A stretch of 64,000 bases of DNA from Ranitomeya imitator (Eukaryota). Below the pieces are notes generated by a model. That model was not told the origin of the DNA and searched no databases. It saw only the letters and a program-made list of their open reading frames with translations. Each line of letters starts with the position of its first letter. Positions within the stretch are counted from its first letter, which is position 1. The position numbers and the translations under genes are program-made. Shown here piece after piece: positions 54,362 to 64,000 of this stretch. The stretch spans positions 374,852,001 through 374,916,000 of the forward strand of contig NC_091283.1 of NCBI RefSeq assembly GCF_032444005.1. The letters are read 5' to 3'.

Positions 54362-55791
54362 TTAGGGGGGGATAATAGCCTCTAGCACTCTTCTCCCAAA
54401 CGTAAGGTCTGAGGAACTACCCAGATCTAATCTGTAATGTCTAAGAAAGGTAGAAGGGGAAGACCATGTGGCCGCCTTACATATGTCTTCGATTGACACT
54501 TCTGACCTCTCGCCCAGGAAGATGCCATGGCTCGCGTGGAGTGTGCCTTTATACCATCTGGAACTTCGTTGCCACCTGCGGTATAAGCGAGAGAGATTGC
54601 CTCCCTAATCCATCTGGCTAGAGTGTTTTTAGATACTCTAAGACCTTTTCTTACCCCTTGATAGGCTACAAATAAAGAGTTATCTTTTTTCCAGGAATTT
54701 GAAACTGTAATATATCTAAGGAGGCATCTCCTCACATCTAAGCAATGGAATTTACGTTCTTTATCGTTAGTAGGATTGGAGCAAAAGGAGGGAAGGACTA
54801 CCTCCTGAACCCTGTGAAATTTAGACGCAACTTTAGGCAGATATAGGGGATCGGGTTTCAATATGACCCTATCCTCCCTAACTTGCATGTATGGTGGATG
54901 TCTGGAGAGTGCCTGCAGATCACTAACCCTCCTAGCAGATGTGAGAGCAACTAGCAGGGCTGTTTTGATTGACAGGATCTTCTCAGGAATAGTATCAATG
55001 GGCTCGAATGGGGCTTGCGTCAGGGCTGAGAGTACCAAATTCAGGTCCCATGGGACTAACCTTTGCTTAATAATTGGTCTAGACCTGGTGACTGCTTTAA
55101 AGAATCTAGCAATCCAGTGATTACTGGCTAAATTAAGATTATATAACGCTCCCAGTGCTGACACCTGAACTCTAAGAGTACTTGTGGCCAAGCCCATTTC
55201 CAGGCCTTTTTGTAAAAATTCAAGAACCTGGTTAATACATGGTTCTTGGTCAATTTGAGCCCCTGAAAAAGATAAAAATTTTCTCCATACTCTCACATAA
55301 ATGCCCGTTGTGGATGGTTTTCTACTTTTAAGGAGAGTATTAACCAGATTCTGAGAGAATCCTTTCCCCCTCAGTAAGGACCTCTCAAGTTCCATGCCGC
55401 TAGGTGTAAGTTGGCTACTTGAGGATGGAGGATTGGTCCCTGGGAGAGCAGATCTGGTAGCTCTGGAAGAACCCATGGTTGGCAGACAGACATTTTTCTC
55501 AGCCAAGGAAACCAAGCTCTCTTGGGCCAAAATGGAGCTACCAAGATTACCCGGGCCTTGTCCTCCCGAATCTTCCTCAGGACTAGGGGAATCAGATTTA
55601 GAGGGGGAAAAGCATACGCGAGCCTGAAGTGCCAAGATATCAGCAGAGCGTCCACAGCGTATGGGTTGTCTTTTGGATTTAGGGAGCAGAATAGATGTAA
55701 TTTTTTGTTCCCTCTGTTGGCAAAAAGGTCTATCTCCGGACAACCCCATAACTGGATGATCTGACTGAAAATGGCTGGATTTAACGACCAC
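54362..55791 (-). CDS. DIRS tyrosine recombinase, with a 1-nt deletion near 54510; probable start near 55395
   Basis: SARRVSDL, YLPKV, HSTR in ORF 54427-55791; shifted frame continues ICKAATWSSPSTFLRHYRLDL...IIPP* to TAA 54364-54362. Confidence 0.9.
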
Positions 55792-57254
55792 TCCCCCTGT
55801 CTGAGCATGTTGCGGCTTAGATAGTCGGCTTTGGTGTTGATACTTCCTTTTATATGAAGTGCCGTCAGGGAGAGAAGATGTACTTCGGCCACCTGAAAGA
55901 TATGATTTGCGACCTCCATCAATGTACTGGATCGCGTGCCACCTTGATGATTAATGTAGGCCACAGTTACCCGATTGTCTGACAAAAGCCTGACGTGTCG
56001 ACCCTGTAGGGGTACAAGGAATCTATTTAAGGCATGTTTTACTGCCAATAGTTCTCTCAAGTTGGAGGAAGAGTCCTGTTCAGACAGAGACCATAGTCCC
56101 TGAACCCAATCCTCCCCTAAGTGAGCCCCCCACCCTTTGGGGCTAGCGTCCGTAGTCAGCACCCTAGATATGTGATTTATCCAAGGGACCCCCCTGTGTA
56201 AATTCGAAGTGTGAGTCCACCAATCAAGTGAATGTACAGTCTCCGCAGAAAGTGTGAATTTACTGTCGAGGTGAGCATTTAGGCGACAGGAATTGTGTAA
56301 CACGTCCCACTGTAAAGCCCTCGTGTGGAACTGTGCCCAGAGAACTGCCGGGATGCAGGACGTAAGAGAGCCCAAGATTGACATCGCACACCTGACTGAT
56401 ATTAAGGGATTATTTATTGCCCTGGTGACCAAATGCTTAATCTTAGCAACTTTTGTGTCCGGCAGGCGACATTCCTGCTGACTAGAGTCAATAATATATC
56501 CTAGGAATTCTTGTATTTTAAGGGGCTGAAGCCGTGATTTTTTGATATTGATCATCCAGCCCAATTTGTGTAACGCATCCATAACTTTCTGTAGTTGGTC
56601 TGAGCAATGCGACTCAGAATGACCCACAATTAGCAAATCATCCAGGTACGGGACTATTAATATATCCTGTTCATGCAAGTGTGCCATAACCTCCACCATG
56701 ATTTTTGTGAACACCCTGGGTGCAACTGCGACTCCGAACGGAAGTGCCTGATATTGGAAGTGTTCTACTGTGCCAGCTAGTGAGACCGCCACCCTAAGAA
56801 ATCTCTGATGATCAATGTGAATTGGTACATGATAATAGGCGTCTTTGAGATCTAAGACAACCATAAAACAGTGGTGAAAGAGTAGCTTTATTGCCGTCTT
56901 GACCGACTCCATTTTGAAGGAGGGTATGAACAGAAAATTATTCAGGCCTTTTAAATTAATAATGGTGCGATAAGAACCATCAGGTTTTTTGACCAGGAAC
57001 AGAGGGGAATAAAACCCCCTACCTTCTTCGCCTGCAGGGACTCTGACCAGAACATTCTTCTGTTGGAGTTCCCGGACCTCAGACTCTAGTGCCAACTGCT
57101 CTGTAGAGGAGGAACGAACAGGTGTTAACATAAATTTGTCCCGAGGAGTATGGTGGAAGTCTAAGGTTAGGCCTTTCTCCACAATGCCTAGAATCCATGG
57201 GTTGTTTGTAATCTGCACCCAGGCTGGGTAGAAGGCCAAAAGCCTACCCCCCAC
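55371..57254 (-). CDS. DIRS reverse transcriptase / RNase H / adenine-methyltransferase-like polyprotein
   Basis: LDLKDAYYH, LPFG, PYLDDLLI, TTDASPKGWGA, ELLAV, SDNRVTVAYIN, IDLFA, YAFPP; 627 codons without a stop. Confidence 0.95.
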   Translation of the reverse strand: MGGRLLAFYPAWVQITNNPWILGIVEKGLTLDFHHTPRDKFMLTPVRSSSTEQLALESEVRELQQKNVLVRVPAGEEGRGFYSPLFLVKKPDGSYRTIINLKGLNNFLFIPSFKMESVKTAIKLLFHHCFMVVLDLKDAYYHVPIHIDHQRFLRVAVSLAGTVEHFQYQALPFGVAVAPRVFTKIMVEVMAHLHEQDILIVPYLDDLLIVGHSESHCSDQLQKVMDALHKLGWMINIKKSRLQPLKIQEFLGYIIDSSQQECRLPDTKVAKIKHLVTRAINNPLISVRCAMSILGSLTSCIPAVLWAQFHTRALQWDVLHNSCRLNAHLDSKFTLSAETVHSLDWWTHTSNLHRGVPWINHISRVLTTDASPKGWGAHLGEDWVQGLWSLSEQDSSSNLRELLAVKHALNRFLVPLQGRHVRLLSDNRVTVAYINHQGGTRSSTLMEVANHIFQVAEVHLLSLTALHIKGSINTKADYLSRNMLRQGEWSLNPAIFSQIIQLWGCPEIDLFANRGNKKLHLFCSLNPKDNPYAVDALLISWHFRLAYAFPPLNLIPLVLRKIREDKARVILVAPFWPKRAWFPWLRKMSVCQPWVLPELPDLLSQGPILHPQVANLHLAAWNLRGPY

Positions 57255-57266
57255 CTGGTCCGCCAG

Positions 57267-58785
57267 TCATTGTGGTTTCTTAACTTCTCGTGAAGGGTTA
57301 AACATAAAACCTCTACCCCTTCTCCTGCTGTTGTCATATCTAGTAGATTCTCTGTTGGAGTCTCTATACGGCCTTCTGCGGTTGGACCATCTTCTATTAT
57401 AGTCCCGTCTGTAGAAGGGTCTTCCAAGGAAGGGAAAGCGTTTTTTACTATCCCCTGCTTTTTCCAATAGCTCGTCTAGGACCGGTCCGAACAAGTGAGC
57501 CCCTTCACAAGGAATGCTACATAATTTTGTTCTAGCCTGTAAGTCCCCTGGCCAGCATTTTATCCATAGTGCTCTCCTGGCTGCATTGGATAATGCCGAG
57601 GACCTGGCGGCTAACCTGACCGAATCTGCTGAAGCATCTGAGAGGAAGGCTGCGGCATCCTGGATTGTGGACATAGAGGACAATATCTCCGACCTAGGGA
57701 CTTTATCTCTGAGTTGATCTTCGAGGTGACCTAACCAAACCATCAAGGATCGAGCGGTACAAGTGGCTGCAATGGCTGGCCTCAGAGACCCCGCTGAAGT
57801 CTCCCAAGCCCCTTTAAGGAAAATGTCGGCTTTCCTATCTAACGGGTCTTTCAAATTTCCCAAGTCGTCGAAGGGGAGAGACGACTTTTTGCATGCCTTA
57901 GCGACTGCTGCATCCAACTTCGGGACTTTATCCCATGAGGACGAAGCCGTTTCTTCAAAGGGATACCGTCTTTTAAAGGCTGGCGGAAGCGACCCCTTCC
58001 TTTCCGGTTTCTTCCATTCTTTTGAGATTAGCGATTTGATCTTGTCAATCACTGGAAAGGCTCTCCGGGATTTCCGCTCAATACCCCTGAACATAACATC
58101 CTGAATGGAACATTCCGATTGGGTATCTTCTATCCCCATTGTGTTGTTTACTGCTTTGACCAGATGGTTAACCCTTTCTAGGGACAAACAGGCTCGAGCA
58201 GACTCCTGATCCTCAGAGGAGGAAGTGGACGGAAGAGACCCTGAGCTCAGCTCACCCGAATCCGAATCTACCTCAGATAAAGGGGATGACCTTTTAGCTT
58301 CTGTCCCCCGGGATCGGGATCTCTCTGCACCTTTAATTTCCTGTCTCACCATCTCTCTTATTGTAGAGGTTAGATCAGGCGCCTCCTCCTCCAGTAAACG
58401 TTGAATACACATTTTACATAACTTCCTCAAATGTCCATCTGGAAGTGGCTCTGCACATTCGGCACACTGCCTATGTTTGGCTTTGGACAAACTTTTCCTC
58501 CCCTGATAGAGGAAAAAGACAAGGGGAACACAACCATCACTAAGTGGACTTTCACGAAGCTCACTTACCCCGTCCAGTAATGAGTGGTACCGTAGATGGG
58601 GGATCCTTCGAAGCCGGCAAATCTTTACGGGCTGAGGATTTTGGAACAGAGATCCGTGCCTCCTTAGCTCCACCAGCGCGGCTACTGCCACTAGACCGAC
58701 GCTGGGAGCTTCTACGAGGCTTATCTGGCTGCTGCTGCGGCTCCTGCTGCTGCTGCGGGCTGATAGTTCCTTCTGGCGACTCCAT
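57267..58785 (-). CDS. DIRS gag-like protein (Cys-knuckle plus LAP2alpha-like domain); 5' structure uncertain, probably spliced
   Basis: CAEC...CKMC, EWKKP, PKLDAAV, LKDPLDRK in ORF 57267-58691 (GTG start only); upstream ATG ORF MESPEG 58785-58561. Confidence 0.85.
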
Positions 58786-59408
58786 TATGGAATGGGTGAG
58801 GAACTCTGATCAACTCAGCTTGCCGCATTAAATACCCCCAAGGTACCGCCCCCGGATGGGGGCCAGCAGGGAATCCCAGGTGGTCAATAATCGTCCGCCG
58901 CTGTGCTGCGCTACCCTTCCCTAAAGCCCCGACCGTTCCCGCAGCTGGGCGCCGCCATTAGCCGGAGATGACGCTACTGCGCATGCCCAGCCGCGTCATC
59001 CGGCCGCGCCGCTCGCCGCGTCATCCGGACCCGCCCCCTTCAGGACGCGGCGGCGGCGCCAAGCCGACACGCGGACCAGGACGCCAGCAGACCCCTCTCC
59101 GGACCAATGCCGCGTCCCCGCTCGGACCAGCGTGACTCCCGGGACCCCAAGTAGCCAAGCACCTCTTCATAGGTACCTCTGCGCTGCGGACACCCGAGAA
59201 GCTAGCCTTAAGTCAGAGGCTGCTTCCTCCTGCTGACACCTACACCGCGCAGTGCCCCTGCCGTGTGGTGCTTCCTGCCTCCTGGACGGGCCGAGGTAGG
59301 GGACCCCCGCTACCTGTACCGGGCCGCCAGGAGTGGGGAGTTTTCTTATTTCGACCCTCTTGTCAGGGCCTGTCTGCAAGAGGTTCCGCTGTCAGGGACA
59401 GGAAACCA

Positions 59409-59511
59409 AACTGACGTGGGAGAGAGGTGCCGCCCTTTTTATGTCTGTAGGTTTCCTGTCCCTGAAGGGCGGATCCCCTCTCTCGTTGTGCTGTCATGGC
59501 GACTGAATAAA
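59409..59511. repeat. DIRS 5' inverted terminal repeat
   Basis: Begins TTTATTCAGTCGCCATGACAGC on the minus strand. Confidence 0.93.
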
Positions 59512-59700
59512 CAAGGACTTGATGTCTCTAATCCTAAACTGTCCCTTCAATTAATATAATCAACAGGTTTTAAGGAGAAAGGAAAATATTTAGCCCTGAC
59601 AAGGACTGTTAGTTGAATGGTGCAGCTCTGGTACTGGAATAGCAATATTAAAACCGGTCTATATGGCCTGCTGTAATCTAAGCTCTCCCTTCTATATTAA

Positions 59701-62700
59701 CCCCTTTCTGACATCGGACATACTATCCCGTCGAGGTGGGGTGGGCCCCTATGACCACGGACGGGATAGTACGTCCAGCACGATCGGGGGGAGCGCGGCC
59801 GATCGCGGCCGGGTGTCAGCTGCCTATCGCAGCTGACATCCGGCACTATGTGCCAGGAGCGGTCACGGACCACCCCCGGCACATTAACCCCTGGCACACC
59901 GCGATCAAAGATGATCGCGATGTGCCGGCGGTGCAAGGAAGCATCGCGCAGGGAGGGGGCTCCCTGCGGGCTTCCCTGAGCCCCCCGCAGCAACGCGATA
60001 TGATCGCGTTGCTGCGAGGGTCTTACCTCCCTCCCTGCCTGCTCGAGACCCGGATCCAAGATGGCCGCGGATCCGGGTCCTGCAGCGAGGGAGGTGGCTT
60101 CACAGCGCCTGCTCAGAGCAGGCACTGTGAAGGCTGTACTGCTCTAAGTGAGATCAGTGATCTGACAGAGTGCTGTGCACACTGTCAGATCACCGATCTG
60201 TGATGTCCCCCCTGGGACAAAGTAAAAAAGTAAAAAATTTTCCAAATGTGTAAAAAAATAAATAAAAATATTCCTAAATAATGAAAAAAAAAAAATATTA
60301 TTCCCATAAATACATTTCTTTATCTAAATAAATAAAAAAAAACAATAAAAGTACATATATTTAGTATCGCAGCGTCCGTAACGGCCGACCTATAAAACTG
60401 GCCCACTAGTTAACCCCTTCAGTAAACACCGTAAGAAAAAAAAAAAAGAGGCAAAAAAACAACGCTTTATCATACCGCCGAACAAAAAGTGGAATAACAC
60501 GCGATCAAAAAGACAGATATAAATAACCATGATACCGCTGAAAGCGTAATCTTGTCCCGCAAAAAATGAGCCGCCATACAGCATCATCAGCAAAAAAATA
60601 AAAAAGTTATAGTCCTGAGAATAAAGCGATGCAAAAATAATTATTTTTTCTATAAAATAGTTTTTATCGTATAAAAGCGCCAAAACATAAAAAAATGATA
60701 TAAATGAGGTGTCGCTGTAATCGTACTGACCCGAAGAATAAAACTGCTTTATCAATTTTACCAAACGCGGAACGGTATAAACGCCTCCCCCAAAAGAAAT
60801 TCATGAATAGCTGGTTTTTGGTCATTCTGCCTCACAAAAATCGGAATAAAAAGCGATCAAAAAATGTCACATGCCCGAAAATGTTACCAATAAAAACGTT
60901 AACTCGTCCCGCAAAAAACAAGACCTCACATGACTCTGTGGACCAAAATATGGAAAAATTATAGCTCTCAAAATGTGGTAATGCAAAAAATATTTTTTGC
61001 AATAAAAAGCGTCTTTCAGTGTGTGATTGCTGCCAATCATAAAAATCTGCTAAAAAACCCGCTATAAAAGTAAATCAAACCCCCCTTCATCACCCCCTTA
61101 GTTAGGGAAAAATTAAAAAAAATGTATTTATTTCCATTTTCCCATTAGGGCTAGGGTTAGGGCTAGGGTTAGGGCTAGGGCTAGGGTTAGGGCTACAGTT
61201 TGGGTTGGGGCTAAAGTTACAGTTAGGGTTTAGATTACATTTACAGTTGGGAATAGGGTTGGGATTAGGGGTGTGTCAGGGTTAGAGGTGTGGTTAGGGT
61301 TACCGTTGGAATTAGGGTTAGGGGTGTGTTTGGATTAGGGTTTCAGTTATAATTGGGGGGTTTCCACTGTTTAGGCACATCAGGGGCTCTCCAAACGCGA
61401 CATGGCGTCCGATCTCAATTTCAGCCAATTCTGCGTTGAAAAAGTAAAACAGTGCTTCTTCCCTTCCGAGCTCTCCCGTGTGCCCAAACAGAAGTTTACC
61501 CCAACATATGGGGTATCAGCGTACTCAGGACAAATAGGACAACAACTTTTGTGGTCGAATTTCTCCTCTTACCCTCGGGAAAATACAAAACTGGGGGCTA
61601 AAAAATAATTTTTGTGGGAAAGATTTTTTTTTTTTTTAATTTTCACGGCTCTGCGTTACAAACTGTAGTGAAACACTTGGGGGTTCAAAGCTCTCACAAC
61701 ACATCTAGATGAGTTCCTTAGGGGGTCTAGTTTCCAAAATGGTGTCATTTGTGGGGGGTTTCTACTGTTTAGGTACATTAGGGGCTCTGCAAATGCAATG
61801 TGACACCTGCAGACCATTCCATCTAAGTCTGCATTCCAAATGAAGCTCCTTCCCTTCCGAGCCCTCCCATGCGCCCAAACAGTGGTTCCCCCCCACATAT
61901 GGGGTATCAGCGCACTCAGGACAAATTGGACAACAAATTTTGGGGTCCAATTTCTCCTGTTACCCTCGGGAAAATACAAAACTGGGGGCTAAAAAATAAT
62001 TTTTGTTGGAAAAAATTTTTGTTTTATTTTTACGGCTCTCCATTATAAACTTCTGTGAAGCCCTTGGTGGGTCAAAGCGCTCACCACACATCTAGATAAG
62101 TTCCTTAGGGTGTCTACTTTCCAAAATGGTGTCAATTGTGAGGGGTTTCTACTATTTAGGTACATTAGGGGCTCTGCAAACGCAACATGACGTCTCATCT
62201 CAATTCCTGTCAATTTTGCATTGAAAAGTCAAACGGCGCTCCTTCCCTTCCGAGCTCTCCTATCCGCCCAAACAGTGGTTTACCCCCACATATGGGGTAT
62301 CAGCGTACTCAGGACAAATTGTACAACAACTTTTGGGGTCCAATTTCTTCTCTTACCCTTGGAAAAATAAAAAATTGGGGGCGAAAAGATAATTTTTGTG
62401 AATGGCGCTCCTTCGCTTCCGAGCTGTGCCATGCGCCCAAACAGTGGTTTACCCCCACATGTGGGGTATTGGCGTACTCAGGACAAATTGTACAACAATG
62501 TTTGGGGTCAATTTTCTCCTGTTACCTTTGGTAAAATAAAACAAATTGGAGCTGAATTAAATTTTGTGTGAAAAAAAGTTAAATGTTCATTTTTATTTAA
62601 ACATTTAAAAAATTCCTGTGAAGGATTAATAAACTTCTTGAATGTGGTTTTGAGCACCTTGAGGGGTGTAGTTTTTAGAATGGTGTCACACTTGGGTATT

Positions 62701-63166
62701 TTCTATCATATAGACCCCTCAAAATGACTTCAAATGAGATGTGGTCCCTAAAAAAAAATGGTGTTGTAGAAATGAGAAATTGCTGGTCAACTTTTCACCC
62801 TTATAACTCCCTAACAAAAAAAAATGTTGGTTCCAAAATTGTGCTGATGTAAAGTAGACATGTGGGAAATGTTACTTATTAAGTATTTTGTGTGACATAT
62901 CTCTGTGATTTAATTGCATAAAAATTCAAAGTTGGAAAATTGCGAAATTTTCGCCAAATTTCCGTTTTTTTTCACAAATAAACGCAGGTACTATCAAAGA
63001 ATTTTTACCATTGTCATGAAGTACAATATGTCACGAGAAAACAATGTCAGATTCACTGGGATCCGTTGAAGCGTTCCAGAGTTATAACCTCATAAAGGGA
63101 CAGTGGTCAGAATTGTAAAAATTGGCCCGGTCATTAACGTGCAAACCACCCTTGGGGGTAAAGGGG
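59701..63166. mobile_element. piggyBac-like non-autonomous element (about 3.5 kb, no transposase)
   Basis: TTAA-CCCCTTT...AAAGGGG-TTAA; internal repeats spaced about 390 bp apart (ggggtatcagcgtactcaggacaaat). Confidence 0.78.
61145..61345. repeat. Degenerate (TTAGGG)n-like tract
   Basis: gggctagggttagggctagggttaggg and further ttaggg units. Confidence 0.88.
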
Positions 63167-63170
63167 TTAA

Positions 63171-63771
63171 AGGGAACCTGTCACCCCCAAAATCGATGGT
63201 GAGGTAAGCTCACCGTCATCAGGGGCTTATCTACAGCATTCTGTAATGCTGTAGATAAGCCGCCGATGTTACCTGAAAGAGGAGAAAAAGAGGTTAGATT
63301 ATACTCACCCAGGGGCGGTCCTGCTCCGATGGGTGTCTCAGGTCCAGAACAGCGCCTCCCATCTTCATTCCATGACGTCCTCTTCTGGCCTTCACGCCGC
63401 GGCTCTGGCGTAGGCGTATTTTGTCTGCCCTGTTGAGGGCAGAGCAAAGTAGTGCGGTGCGCAGGCGCCGGAAAGGTCAGAGAGGCCCGGCGCCTGCGCA
63501 CTGCAGTGCTTTGCTCTGCCCACAACAGGGCAAAGTACGCCTGCGCCGGAGCCGCGGCGTGAAGACCAGAAGAGGACGTCATGGAATGAAGATAGGAAGC
63601 GCCGGTGCAGACCTGAGACACCCATTTGACCGGACCGCAGCGGGACCGCCCCTGGGTGAGGATAATCTAACGTCTTTTTCTCATCTTTCAGGATACATCA
63701 GAATGCTGTAGATGAGCCCCTGATGACGGTGAGCTTACCTCACCATCGATTTTGGGGGTGACAGGTTCCTT
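63171..63771. mobile_element. Kolobok/T2-type MITE, same family as 7344
   Basis: TTAA-AGGGAACCTGTCACC...GGTGACAGGTTCCTT-TTAA. Confidence 0.88.
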
Positions 63772-64000
63772 TTAACTCTCCCTGAACTAACTGCATCCTG
63801 ATGACGGTGTGCTGAGCATCGTGTCACCGGGTCTTGCATAAGACCCCATGACCCAATGGGCCCAACCAATCACAGTAATGCCAGTAGCCAGCATGGCTAT
63901 AGCATTACTGTGTATGGCAGGCGATCCTCACATGTTTAGTGGATGAAAGAAAGCCACGCAACATAAGGGGCAGAGACTCCAGCATTGCGCTTGAGCACCC

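Larger units (their letters stand above)
53977..59511 (-). mobile_element. Full-length DIRS1-type tyrosine-recombinase retrotransposon (5535 bp)
   Basis: Inverted termini identical over 92 bp, ICR complementary to the joined ends, TTT at both ends, gag, RT/RH/MT and YR ORFs. Confidence 0.97.

Noticed and set aside
58503-58691. N-terminal 63 codons of the 474-aa ORF as true gag start
   Set aside because: Starts at GTG and crosses an intron-like polypyrimidine tract; the upstream ATG ORF is a better start.
61145-61345. True telomere or chromosome fusion site
   Set aside because: Degenerate, short, single orientation, and embedded in a transposon.
63720-63760. CTGATGA plus hairpin as a hammerhead (also 23244 and about 63800)
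   Set aside because: No GAAA after the stem; lies in a MITE terminal repeat, or the core is CTGATGC.

Overview
Repeat-dense vertebrate genomic DNA, very probably anuran (frog); this is inferred from the zinc-finger gene family and the transposon repertoire. One host gene is supported: a spliced minus-strand FAX/KRAB-like C2H2 zinc-finger gene (28834-33744) with 8 complete fingers and a decayed 3' tail. The largest element is a nearly intact 5.5-kb DIRS1-type tyrosine-recombinase retrotransposon (53977-59511, minus strand). It has perfect inverted termini, an ICR, gag, RT/RNaseH/MTase-like and YR ORFs. Its gag and pol are in frame across a single UGA, gag has a candidate intron, and a 1-nt deletion removes the YR catalytic tyrosine. 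Also present: a decayed Gmr1-like gypsy element (integrase before RT), four Tc1-family elements and a further fragment (one is DD37E/TRT type), decayed hAT transposases, and an L1 fragment. There are many non-autonomous elements with readable TIRs/TSDs (Harbinger-, hAT-, Kolobok/T2-, piggyBac-, Tc2- and Helitron-like) and several Penelope-like inserts, one holding a candidate hammerhead ribozyme. No rRNA, tRNA or CRISPR array is supported. All calls are by eye, family names come from motif and terminus recognition rather than database searches, and coordinates marked approximate are estimates.
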